Positions 1 through 12,952 of a DNA stretch of 64,000 nt are shown here, piece by piece. Source of the stretch: Balanoglossus misakiensis (taxonomy: Eukaryota; Animalia; Hemichordata); the NCBI GenBank assembly GCA_040954595.2, contig CM082577.2, forward strand, positions 1,488,001 to 1,552,000, given 5' to 3'. A program made the translations under genes and the position numbers. The notes under the pieces are model-generated. The model saw only the letters and a list, made by a program, of their open reading frames with translations, did no database searches and had not been told where the DNA came from. Positions within the stretch are counted from its first letter, which is position 1. Each line of letters opens with the position of its first letter.

Positions 1-2540
1 CCAGTCTTGCCTGGCACCAGCAGAGCAAACATGTCAGAATTTTTTCTTAGTTGCTATTAGTTGTGGGACGTTTTACATGATTCTACATGGGCCATGCGAA
101 AAATTTGCCTTAGGTCTTCCAATGGTAGGCATGCAATAACTGTCATGACATTATGCAAATGAACCAGACGTTAGCAGGTGGTTGAACACTGATGTGCAAA
201 TGCGTGATGCATATCAACACAACTGCCAGTGTTATTTAATTGAGCATTTATCTGCGAAAGAAATGCATTATGAAGCCGGGTTTTTCTAGGAATTGCTTCA
301 GAAGCTGAGTTGTGTGTTAGTCTACTATGGTGGGGGGACTGTTGTGTCTTGTTCCATTTCTGGGGATATCCTTTTTCACTCTTGGAATTGTGAATGGTCT
401 CTGAGTTTCGATTTTGAGGCACATCATGAAAATGATCATGGAACTGGCCAGATTTTGATGGTCATTTTGTGTATAGCGATCGAGTTATCATTGTTTCTAT
501 GCATTCAACATAGAACAGAATGCAAAATAGGGACCAACGAAATAGTTTTGCGTTTACTGTTTTGCTGAAAAATTAAAATAACATCTGTAGATTTAACTTA
601 ATTTACAAATTTATAGAATTTTATGAAAAGATACATTTAGTTTTTTATGTATATAAAGTTTCTATTGAGATTTTAAATTGAAAACCTCTCAAATTCTTCT
701 ATTAATTATGGAACACTTTCATTAGTGTTGGTGGATTTATAGCTAAAAATGTTTCCTGAAATGACATGGTCTTCTTGCAAAGAGGTCATACACACTCCTT
801 GACAATTAAATTGTAATGAGAAAAGCAATGTTGACAATCAACAAAAAAAACATGAAAAAAGAGAATAAAATGGCTTTCAGGGTAATGTTTTACATTCGTA
901 TGCTATTTTTGCTCACATTTGGATGTTTATAATTGTAATTGGAATGCCTGGCCATGATAATTTGTCTCCCGCTAGAGATAAGGTATTTTGACAAACTACT
1001 TGTAATGCAAAGCTGGATACTTTTATTATAAGAGACGAGATTTCCTTTTTCGACATTTGTTGGAAAAGCACAGGTTTAGTGCTAATAACCACAGAGCACA
1101 TTTTCAGTATAAACTACTTGTCTTTAACAGAAATTATATAATTTTCAGTGTGTCAGTCTTGTTTTAATTATATTAGTGAAACTTACGCAGCAGGCTGTGT
1201 TTGGTTTTGCAGATAAAAAAACACAGATTTTGTTGTGTATTATTTTTTTAATTGTGTTTGAAATTAGATTTTACTTTGACGAATGTATATTCAGAATTTG
1301 TCATATGAAACTACAATGTACTCTGATATCAGACATTTTTTCAGAGTCTTATAATGAACCACTGATGATGGCTATTACTGCAGCTGATAGTTAGCAATAG
1401 ACATCTGTTGTTTTTGGGAACTTTGTTAATTACAGTTAATTACATTGCACAAAAAAGGGTACAGAATAAACAACCAACAAAGTTCAGGTTTACAGTTAGG
1501 TACTCATGAGAGTTGCCAAATTTGATATGAAATTTTTAAATATTTCCATGAATGTATGTTTTAGTTTAAATTCATTGCATTGCTTTTAAAATGTGTGTGT
1601 GCATGTGACGTACAAGTCATGTAACACTGTACACATCGTTATCATGCGCTCACCTGTATGTTCAGTACTTTTAAAATTGTCAGTATTAACAATTTAAACC
1701 ATGACAGAATAAGATGAAGATTAATGTTCAAATTTACATGCAGTAGTAGTAGAATTGGATTCAGATTCAGCTTCAGTAATCATAAGTTTTTAATCCAAAA
1801 TGAATGCACAATATGTATTGATCATTAAGATGCACAATCATGTTAAAATTATATGTTCCCAGTTCAGTGCACAATTATGATTCGGGAACTTGTGTGCAAA
1901 ATGCAGGCCGCTGTCATCATTCCACAGATGCACATTTTCAGTTTTGCAGTCGGTGTAAAAAAAACTTGGTTGTTGTATGTAGCTTTTTATCTGTATATAT
2001 TTGGGAATGAAGCAGCCACACTTTTATGTGTTTGATTATGGATTTTGTGAAGTTGCGGACACGTACAGTGGTGTGTCACATCATGATAGGATGCTGTTGT
2101 TTTAACTTCTCTTGCTGCGCTCCAGTCGTGTTTCTTTTTTACTTGATTGTTGCGAGAACATGCTGTAAACTTACAGTGTTGCGTGAAATGTATTTTATAG
2201 GGATGCTGCAGTCACCAGTTCAAATACTAGTAGTTACATTCAGCACATTAAACCACACTGTAGACAAATTTTGCATAAATTTTTGTAATTATGGAAATAG
2301 TCTTGAAACATCCATTGTGTATAAGAAGAATTAAGAAAGCAGTAGTACACCCATTGCCATATTTTCGTGATAAGATGATCTGCTTGCTTTGCCCAGGTTT
2401 TTCTTCAAATAATACTTCATTTATTTTTATGTAGACAAATAGAAAGTACATTTTACTGATACAATAACATTAGGGTTTCACTGTATTTCTGGCTGCTTTA
2501 TCTTTCTCTTAGTCTAATAAAAAGTTCACTATGCCCAAAT
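1..2540 (+). other. Probable long 3' UTR of a + strand gene whose CDS lies upstream of the window
   Basis: No credible ORF; T/TG-rich on the + strand and CpG-poor. AATAAA at ~2516 is followed by a GT-rich tract (gttgtttggttgttt), typical of a cleavage/polyadenylation site. Confidence 0.45.
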
Positions 2541-5382
2541 GAATTCAGTTGTTTGGTTGTTTCTTTGCATGATAGAGGGCGCTGTTCGACTGCCATTAGA
2601 AGCAAGATCTCTCGCGTACCAGGTGCACAGGCATGCAAGAGAATCTAATGTATTGTTAGGTAGCAGTAATTAAACAATCTACCAGTAATTTTTATGCAAG
2701 TCCATGTAATTAATTGGTTCACAAGTCAATGAAATGGTCTCACTATTTTCCAATCTTGGTATTTTTTAAACACTTGACTATTGGTTGCAAACATCAGATA
2801 ATGACAACGATTCCTGATTCAATCTATGAACACCTTTGGAGCCTGCCAAGATTGTTATCTGGGACACAGACACAAAATTGAAGGTCTTTGGCTTTTATTT
2901 TTCGTTCAGCCTGCATTAAACAATGCAAGAGCATGCAAATGATGTAAGAATTACACATTCAGAAATAGTGAGAATGAAAGACTGTTTCTCGCGCGGTAGA
3001 AAAATATATGAAGTAATCCACAGTCATTATTGCTATGTGTCAAATTTGAGCATTAACTCTGTTTGTGTGACCAAAAAAAAATTGCTCAAGGTTCAACAGA
3101 AACACAAGGGTCATACCTGTCCTACAACGAGTATTACTGACTAGAATATGAGCCCAAAGACAAAATCTACACCTATAAAAATAACAAGTACAAATCTACT
3201 CTTTCACAACATGCAAAAATATTTATCTCTATCATGATGCATTGTGGGGGTTTCTTGTGACACACAAGGGCATGGTTGCTATGGGAACAACTATAATCGA
3301 CAATGGTGGCTAAATGATTGCAGCAAAATATCCACTTGTATAGTTCATGTATATTTGTGTAGATACAACAAGAGAAGTTGAAATGCACGTGCAATTGAAC
3401 AAACAGAATAATGTCACACTTTGGGCGAAAGAAATCTTATCAGTTACTACAATACATACTAGACCATCCTTCCTGTAATGCATTTGTGTACATTATAGTT
3501 TATAGAAGGAAAAATATTAAAAGTATTTTCATGTAGTTCAATATGAGTGAAATAACTTTACCTCGTGTTTGATTATTTGGCAAAGTGTAGTATAGAGGTT
3601 TATAGTGGTAAAACCTATCAAAATATATATATCCTCCATCCCTTTACACTCATATTTGTGCTCAATCAGCATTCACTTGAATGAATAAATTTGCATATCA
3701 TTATTATGAAATCTAACTTGCATCTCTCCAATCCATCAAAAATATCTAAGATTTGACGGGAACCCGTTCACCATGCCACAAAACGGAAGTTGTACTGAAT
3801 ATATTAATTTTTCAATAGAAAGACGTTCATGGTGATTTCATGCGTTAAGTAGATTAACACACTTGCAAAACATCTGTGACTTGTTCATCAAGTAAATTAA
3901 AGGTTATCTTCTTATGGAATGATCAAATTTGTGACGGGGGTGTACAATGTAGGCATCAGCTAGGAAAAAACTGCCTGTATGCAAAAATTTCCTGATTTTG
4001 AAAATTCTTTGTTGTCCTCCTGTTACAGTGTCCCCTACTTTTATAGTTATAACTAAAACATGCAAATACTAGTATTTTTGCTACCTACAATAAAAATAGA
4101 ACCAACCTGTTGTACTCATGTTAGAAATTTCATTCTAATGCTGCATTATTTTTGTATTGTATTAAATAGGTTTCATTCCTCCATCGATTAAAAATCTTTG
4201 AAACATACTCTACCAAATTTTACCGCAGAGGGCAGCGTTTGGGTGAGAATTTATGTCGGTCGCAATCAAAATGGCTGACAGTTAGGCTCAAAGTGTGAGA
4301 ACAAAGAAATCAATTCCTAACCCAGTAAGGGATCACCAACTTGAACCTGTTATGAGAGGTCTTAGAGTTCATAGAATTTAGTCAAAAGGAACACAGAAGA
4401 AAAGTTGTCTGATTTGAAAATAATCAAAATTTCACCTGGAATGTTCCGAAAGAAAGAACAGGTATGATATTCTGGTGCGAGTGTGGGCAACAATTTGTAG
4501 CCTAGTAATTTACATCGGTTGAAATGGTTGGAAAATAAATGTGGTTGCAGTATCTCAAAATAGTCCTGCCAGTGACAATTTCCGAACATGGAAAGAACAA
4601 AACTAAGGGTTCGTTAAAATTGACTGATTTTTGCAAAAACTTCTTTGGTTATAAGAGAAACTTTCATGCAAGTGTACATGAATATTAATTTGCTTTCAAG
4701 TGGTACAATATACAAAACAGCTGCCTTCTGGTAATATACAGGTCGTGTTCAAAGTTTGTTTTCTCCCAATTATCTTGCATGTCAGTAACAAAATCCAAGA
4801 CTTTGAAATGTACTCTTGTCAGTAGAGAAGGCATCACTATCAAAATATAGTTTCATCTACAAACGTTAGAAACAGCAGCTACTAATGATTCTCTGTGAAA
4901 AAGTCCACAGATTCTTTCGTAGTTCATGATTTATGTAAATAACAACAAGGGTATGTTGACGTATCAAAATTTATATTTAAATATCCTGATTAAAGCCCTG
5001 AAGTCTGGATTATTCTCATTATTCTCTGTCACGTGTCCTTCATACGAGAGGAGGTTCCCCTCTCCTCCCCCTCCCCCTCCCTTAACCCTTTCAAGCCTGG
5101 CTTTCTGAGAACGTATCCGAATTTCTCCTATATATAGGATATCCGGCCAGAAAGGGTTAAGTATGCATATCTGCATACCACTTCTACCTTCAGACTCTAC
5201 CCTCCCCTGCATGTTCATTTCTGATGAAGTCATCCGAAGGCTCACTTCCACCCTCCTCGCCCTCCCCCCAATCTGCTGCGCATTTTGCTACGACCCATCT
5301 CTTTCAATCCGACTGGAATGTTCCACAGATTCTCTTTGGGGGGGGGGGGGATTGGAAGGGGTGGCCAAAAGGAAACCCCCAG

Positions 5383-8300
5383 CTACACAATGCAGGGCGT
5401 GATTTTGTCGTCCTCCGACTTGCCCGGAAGGTCTTTCCTCATTTGCATAGACACACAGCTGAGCCAGCTGCGACTACTTGGCATTTCACCGAATATCTCC
5501 CAGTGGTCTTGCTCTTCGTCGTAGAACTCGATGGTGTCGTGATGTCTGCAGGAAAAAAATTGTACAGGTGCCAGGTTTTAGACTTTGGCTACATTTTCAC
5601 GTCTTTTTTTTTCAATTAGTGAAACCTGCCTATTAAGGACACCTCAGGGACCAGAAATTTTGTCCTTAATAGAAGGGTGTCCTTCATAGACAGGTAATAT
5701 TCTATTTCAACTGTTACTTTTGTCTTGAAAAAAACATTTATAGAGATATATGTGTCCGACTCCGTAATGACAGGTTTCACTGAACATGCAATCTGTTGCA
5801 TTATTTGATGATAGCCAGTTGAGCTTATAAAAATATCATTAAAAAAAAAACTTTTATCACTAGGAATGTAACATGTGTAAAATGTGTAGATTTCCACAAG
5901 TTGGTTTGTCACTGGATTAATCCTTTCACTCCCATATCTCTTTATACAGGTGCAACTTAACCACAGTAAACAATACATTTCGGCCAAACTATGGTAGTCA
6001 AAAACACAATTCACACAGTCTGCTTACCTATCCCAGCCCTCCTCGCCGCCGAGGACGTATATTTTGCCGTCGACCACCGCCACGCCCGGTCGGTACCGCC
6101 TCTCGTGCATCGCAGCGCGGATCTCCCACTCATTCTTCTTAGGGTTGTAACGCTCCACTTTGTTCGTGTTCTCCGTTGAGGCGTGCCAACCTCCTATTGT
6201 ATCACACACAGAGTGCAGCAGAGAGATGCACAGCTGTTAAGCACTGAGTTTAGATGTGGCCAGGCTGGTTGTGGGACTCCAGCCTCACTCTCCAGCCCAC
6301 TGTCAATCATAGTGCCCATTGGATCAACAGATTTACACAGCCTCAGTATTTTATTGGCCCATCTCATACATGCATGCGTTTTTATACATGCTTGAGCAGT
6401 TTTGATACTATGAGGTTAGCGCCGAGTATCGCCCGACGCGTAAACCTTATTATTATACATCTTACACCTCCGTTAGTTCTTGTGTTGCATGTTACTTGGC
6501 TTTCAAAATGCCGATTCAATCGATCGAAAAACGCTCAGTTGACTCAGTGAGCAGCCATGTTTCTTTTTTGTTTACGTGCGTTGGAGTGGGGTGTCTTGAA
6601 ACCGTCCGCATAACAGCGCATACCTGTACACAGTGAGTTGGGGCGCCTTGAAACTCAACCGTTCCGTACGGCTTTTTATTGCACGCTAAATTCTATTGTT
6701 CTCATTGCCAGATGTATAATAAATAGAAATATCACTTACCTATAATGTAAATGTTACCATTGAGTACACAAGCCGCTGAGCCTGATCTGGGGATGAGCAT
6801 TGGTGCCAACTCTGTCCATCTGTCTGTCTTGGGATTGTAACACTGGACCAAATCAATTCCATCACCATCTTCCAACACGGCTCCACCTAGAAAGCATCAA
6901 TTCAATGATCCAGGGTTATTCACAAAATACGAACAACTGATCTGATCTACTCCAATTTGCTTAAACTCAACAATTTTATCAAGAAATTATTTGAGGTAAA
7001 AAAAGCTCAGAACCTCACTTTACCTGTCACATATAGAAGACCTTCGTGGGCCACGACGGCTGGACTGGTCACAGCCATTTTCATGGGCGACACAAAAGAC
7101 CACAAATTCGTCCAGGTGTCGTACCTCTCGACAGACTCCAGCCTAGCCGACCCCTCCCAGCCGCCCACTGCAAATATTGAGCCGTCCACAATGGCTAGAC
7201 CTGAAACCAATGACATGAAATCAACCATTTCATTAACACTTGGACTTCACAGCATATTTGTCCTACAGCCTCTAATGCAAAACTATTTTTAATTCCTAAA
7301 ACATTGCTTATGACATTTTACATAAACAAGAAATGACAGCTTGTATACTGACCTAGTTCAGATCTGGGAATGTTCATTGGCGCCATCTCCAACCAGTGAT
7401 CGAATGCTGGATCGTACCTCCACACATCTTTACTGGCAGAGCCATCAGGGAACTCCCCACCTGCCATGTACATGAAATTGCTCCCTGAAATGTGAAAAAC
7501 ACAATCTTTGAATAAAATAAAACAAATTCAGTGTCCTCAGCAGAAATATTTAGATAACATTTTGGTTAATTTGAATTGAAAAATGCATTGGTTATAAGGA
7601 ATTTCTATTATTTTTCAAAATTAAAAAGTAGGAGCAAATTATTTTATATTTCTCTGGAAAGAACACTGCCTTAAAAATGAGGTTAATTGGCACAAAATTT
7701 GCCATGTTTTAATGTCTCTAAAATTATTCACTGTAGATTAACATTGAAATATTTTCTCTAGACTCATAAATCGCAAGACGAGTTTTCATATCAAACTGTA
7801 TTAATTCTCTATATTTGCTCACAGCAAACATGCAAGAGTGTACATGTATGTACGTATAACAACAGCTCTTGTTTATCGACAGCAAAATGAGATGGTACCT
7901 GAGACAACTAGTCCATGTTTGCTGACAGCAAACGGCAAACATGCAAGGGTCTTCCACTGTTCTCTATGAGGGTCATAACTCTCCACACTCCTCAGAACAA
8001 CTTTATCATCTTCTCCACCAACTGCTACGATCACTTCTATGGTCCCTGTAAGAATACAAATTGAAATGCTGGTCATGAAAAAGCTAAGCTGTATTTAAAA
8101 AATAAATAAAAATACACGTGGGTGTCAACAGCGGGTGAAACCCTCAGGGCAACGTCTTGATGAAACACTGAATCATACAGCTGTAGCTCTAAAATATGCC
8201 ACTGACTCACCAGTTGATCTCCGTGGCCTCGTCCTTGCGCTGTACAGCTGGCCCCTCCTGTCCTGCAGAAGCTGATAGTTTTTGGCCTCGTCCACCAACT

Positions 8301-9099
8301 TCTGACAGACCTCCGACTGCCGTACAGCCGTCTGGCTTTCCACGAAGTCGTGGAGGAAATAGGCACTGACTAACGGAAGACGGATATAGCTGAAGACTTC
8401 TTCAAAGTAAGGCCGTCGCTCCTCGGGGTTAGAGTTGAACCACAGCATGACCGAGTCAAACACGGTCTCCTCCTGTTTGACGTTCAGTTCATCGTTCGAT
8501 ATAAACTCGATCAGCTTGGCGTGGGAAAGTTTGTTGAACTCGTCGTGGGTGATGACGTCCGTGAAGTGCTCCAGCACGTACTTCTTGGACTTCTGTTGCA
8601 GGTCCTTGCAGGAGTGGGCCTCAGCGAAGCAGTGGATCCCGATGCAGTTGGAATCGTCCATGTGCTTGTCCATGAAGCGGCAGCAGGCGTCCCGAACCGG
8701 AAGCACCTCCAGTAAGTTGGCAGCCGACAGCAGGGACTGCACGTTGGCCTTGGTGATGAGCACCTCTGACGTGTACGCGTATTCGATCAGTTGCTCTATC
8801 ATAGCTGCTTCCACGCCATTAATGGACACCTTCTCCTGCTTGCTCTCGGCCAGTTCCCCCGAGAACATCGCCTTGAAGTAAGGACTGAAAGACGCCAGCA
8901 CAAGCCTGTGGCAGAGATACTCCTGTCCGTCCACGCACAGCGTCACGTCGCAGAAGGTGCACTCGGTCCTCAGAGCGTTGAGACCACTCAGCATGTGCGA
9001 CGAGTGCGACTGTTCTCGGAATAGTTCGTCACCTTCATGAGCGGTGGTGACGCCGCTGTCTGAATTGACACTGTTACGACGATTTCTTGCTGTAGCCAT
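5383..9099 (-). CDS. Kelch-like protein (BTB-BACK-6xKelch; Cul3 substrate adaptor family), 606 aa, 7 coding exons
   Basis: Exons (minus strand): 9099-8211, 8045-7899, 7484-7353, 7200-7024, 6886-6740, 6193-6028, 5545-5383. All introns are GT-AG and the total of 1821 nt is in frame. BTB: FCDVTLCVDGQEYLCHRLVLASFSPYFKAMF. BACK: NCIGIHCFAEAHSC...EETVFDSVMLW...IRLPL. Kelch repeats with GG..Y..W signatures: VGGEDD..VESYDPHREQW, AGGEFP..WRYDPAFDHW, VGGWEG..VERYDTWTNLW, TGGAV..CYNPKTDRW, IGGWH..VERYNPKKNEW, LGGEEGW..IEFYDEEQDHW. An acceptor at 9166 implies a non-coding upstream exon. Orthologue not assigned. Confidence 0.93.
5618..5781. mobile_element. Small MITE-like element with terminal inverted repeats, in the last kelch intron
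   Basis: AGTGAAACCTG at 5618 and its reverse complement CAGGTTTCACT ending at 5781, with internal GTCCTT(A/C)ATAGA sub-repeats. The termini resemble Tc1/pogo-derived MITEs (family assignment is inference). Confidence 0.6.
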
Positions 9100-12000
9100 G
9101 ATTTATTCCGGTTCAGACTGCCCCAGTTCAAAATGACTGCTGAGTCGTCTGCAAGCAAGCCTCATCTGCAGCGAGACAAAAAGAGATATACACTAATTTA
9201 AAATTGCAACAATGGCAGCCAAACTGTGGGTCTAATTTTTGTCATCTTTTCGATAATGAAACACCAAAAACATATCACACTTCAAATTTAATTTGTAAAT
9301 ATGCGCAGAGTACCGAATATCTCACCAACAGTAATAACATCACATTGTAAGAGGCTGGAAATGCTCACAGGTCAAACCTATTACATGTTTAGTTATCTTT
9401 CACTTGTGCATAAGTGTTACCATTTATCACAGTTCCTCTCTATATAAAGAGGGACCGTGCCTTTTAAATGAACAATTTCTGCATGATGAATGGCCATGGC
9501 CTTATCTTGGCCATACCACAAGTCTGTTATTTGAAATATTTGACTCTTGACAACCATGACCTGAAATTCCACCTATGGACGTGACCGCAGCAGAATTCGA
9601 TCCTCCAATATTCATTACTTTACACACGCACATAATGTCGTTCTCTACTAACTGTATGTCTGCAGTCTGTGCTTTGGTATTTGGACTAGACCTTCAATTA
9701 GCCTGTCTACAGTACACCATGTACAATATGTAATCATCACAACAAAATGTAAGCGTTTTTCCTGCCAAGTTTCAACGGTAACTTGCGCGGCGCTGCCACT
9801 AGCCGACACATTCACACAACAGTCAACACAACACAACTTCACAAGTGAACTTTCTAATTGATTGATAGCAAGGGGTGCGTAAACATGTCCAAAACTTGTC
9901 GTATAGGAGAGTACAGTACACGTGTTGCATTTTATCCCATCCTACTGAACTTACACCTATCTCATTAAACTTTTCAACATTTCCTTTCAACTGCAAATAA
10001 AGTTTGCACAGGGAAGAACGGAGACATTTGAAAGCCGGAAACTAACCTGTGCAGCGCCATCTTGAATAATGTTATTTCCCACAATGCCGTGATACAACCC
10101 TGATGAAAGGGCTTTTCCGGTACATGTATCTTGGGCATTTGTCTCGGGCTACCACAGACTCCCCCTCTATTAACTATGGTCACAGTAACCGAGAATACAT
10201 TTACAGCAAAGTAAAAAAATACTGCAGCAAACTGTTATTAATATTTGAACAGATGAACGTGCAAAATGCTGTATTTTGTCTTTTGGCTACCCTGTTGACA
10301 ACACAAACGATAGGCTATGCTAGAATTTAGGTTTTTCACTTAATTTCTTTCGTGTTTGAAACGTTCTCCTCATTTTAATGACACAAAAGTTAGCCAGATT
10401 TTGAAACAATAAAAAATATCCCGACCCTGATACGTTCACCCAAAGCAACAGCAAGATGTTTCTTTTTTTTTATCGGAGAGGGCGCCATCACTCTCGTTGC
10501 TCTAACCATTAACCATAGACCATGTCGCTTCTCCCGCTTGACAGGACCGGTACACTTCCCTGAACTTTGTCCGAGAAAGTTAATGGCCGGTCGAGTATCT
10601 TATCGGAAATAGAAAATGCACCAATATCATGTCCTGCACGTATCCAGACTCCTAACAATCATTTTTTCACGGGGGTGCCACCCATAAATCATTTTCAAAG
10701 ACAATCTCCCCTTTGTTGTTTGTCGCCAGTCCTGTTCTCAACACATTATACGTCGTCACGTGAAAATGTGAAACGCAGGTATCCCGCGACAACTTGGGGG
10801 AAGGATGGGTTTTCGATTCACGTTTGATGTCTCCGTTTTTTGAGCCATTATTCAAAACATCTTGGTCGAGAAACCAAGCTGTTCCGGATGAGAAAATATC
10901 ACATGTACGATTTTGCACCATGGGAGCATTTCCCCACCATCGCTCCCACCACACAATAAAATTTGAATTGTTGCTTTCGGGAGGAGACCTAAAAGTACAA
11001 AACTAAGCTATCAGAGATTTCTAAAGAGCACTGACCGATACATTTCTATTTCTCTGTGAAAATTTCCCTCGGGAATCAGGTAGGTGCAGTCAAGACCTAC
11101 CTACATAATCCCAGAATAATCAAAGGCGCGACATATTAAATCGATGATGAGTGTGTGTATTTTTGAATCAATTTTACACATTGTTAAATTAAAGTGTGTG
11201 TTTCGATAATCGGTTCATATTTGGTAACACATGTGCAAGTTTGCATTGACTGGATTGTACCGAGAATACATCACTCACTTGAACCATCACCTACGCCCCC
11301 AGACGACGAAATTGTCGAAACTGCAAGACTCCTCAGGTATGCAGTCAACAAGTGGCTTCCGCAATTCTCGGGATTTTCACACCTTTTACTCGTTCGTCTT
11401 TGTTGGTTTTGGGTTCAGCACTTGCACAAGCCCACTCACCAACCGCGAGGCTACACGACTACAGGAGAATTTAAGTTACTCACAAATAAACAAGAATTAA
11501 ATTAAAACATTCCTTTACATTTCTGTGATATTTTGCGATTGCAATAAAATGTAGAATTCATTTTATCAGTCTAAGGTGTGATCTCATATTTGAAACACCC
11601 CGGTGAAAAATTCTTTGGTTATACAGCGTTCACAAAAAAAACTTGGGGGGGATTGGCGAAGAAGTTGGAACTATGATGATGTCGGGGACCTGAAAAATAT
11701 GTTCATTGCAAAGGGGGCACTTGAAAATATAATTGATGTCAATATGTGCCGTGTTTATGAAGCTTTACTTGGCGGATTTGAAAATGAGGGATATAGGCCC
11801 TATTTCTCCAAATTCTCCCGTCCCCTTCAGAGGTATTTGTGAACTCTGCCTTGGGAAGGATGTTTGTTTTTACAAATTCAACATGATTTATAAAACAAAT
11901 GTATGGATTTAACAACAACAAAAAATTGGCTACGGGATTTGCTTCTCTTCGTGGTGACCAACGATTCGCAACGACCGCTGAACCGATGCGCAAAGTGTGT

Positions 12001-12869
12001 TATCTCCTTTGCTTGACTCGCCCAAATTTCAATTAATATTTGGAAATTGAAATATTGAATATATTATCTTGTATCCACATGTGTGCTAAATGTGTTTGAG
12101 TTTCTCGTCATTGCACCGGACAACCGCTGAGAGTCATTAGCCGTCAAGACACCGTATAGCAGTGCCTTACTATCACTATTTATATCAATAAACTCGGTTT
12201 TATTACTTCTGTGCGTGCCGTATGGATCGCCTCAAGGGACGACTAGACTAAAAGCCAATCAGTTTCGTTTAATGATCCGCCGTGACCCTATTTGTTTTCT
12301 TTGTAATTATTTTGTTTTCTTTGTGTAATTACCACCCCATTATAGCTAAACATGCTTTATTCGGTTCAGCTAATGATCTTATGAAACTTTCCGCGCAGAC
12401 AAAAGTGAGAAAAACACGGTTTGCGCCCTAATTGCCAAAATCGAAACTTTCCCAACTATGCACAGGTTTGTGTACACATGTTATTCTCTCGGACATCCCC
12501 GCTGATAAAGCGCGAAAGTGATGACGTATTTTCTGCAGCTGTTTGTCATCCCGGGATCTTCAATTAACCGTTCCTGTGCCGTTTCCATGACAGCGAGTGT
12601 TCAAATGCAATCATCCTGGGACGCGGTAGTCGGTGAGACGCGGGGAGCATTTTAGAACGATCCCGACATCCCATAGCCACGGGCATAAGTTCCTGTCAGT
12701 CAAATCCGATGATATGAAATTATGGATAAATTCCCGTCAAAATTCCGTCTTTATCGGATCGAGGAATCCCTTATTAACAGTCCTTCAGCGAATTTAGGCT
12801 TCATTGATTGAGAATATTTCTAAGTTGCAAAATCAGTCAAATCAAAATCAATAAAATCACGTATGTTGC

Positions 12870-12872
<3 letters not shown>

Positions 12873-12950
<78 letters not shown>
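12873..12950. repeat. (CT)n microsatellite
   Basis: Uninterrupted TC dinucleotide run, seen directly. Confidence 0.97.

Positions 12951-12952
<2 letters not shown>

Noticed and set aside
420-470. SECIS-like hairpin in the putative upstream 3' UTR
   Set aside because: A short stem exists (AATGATCAT/ATGGTCATT), but the non-Watson-Crick quartet and apical AA geometry are not convincing.
5383-5400. Possible CaaX prenylation signal at the Kelch C-terminus (TPCIV*)
   Set aside because: The Cys is third from the end, not fourth, so it does not fit CaaX.
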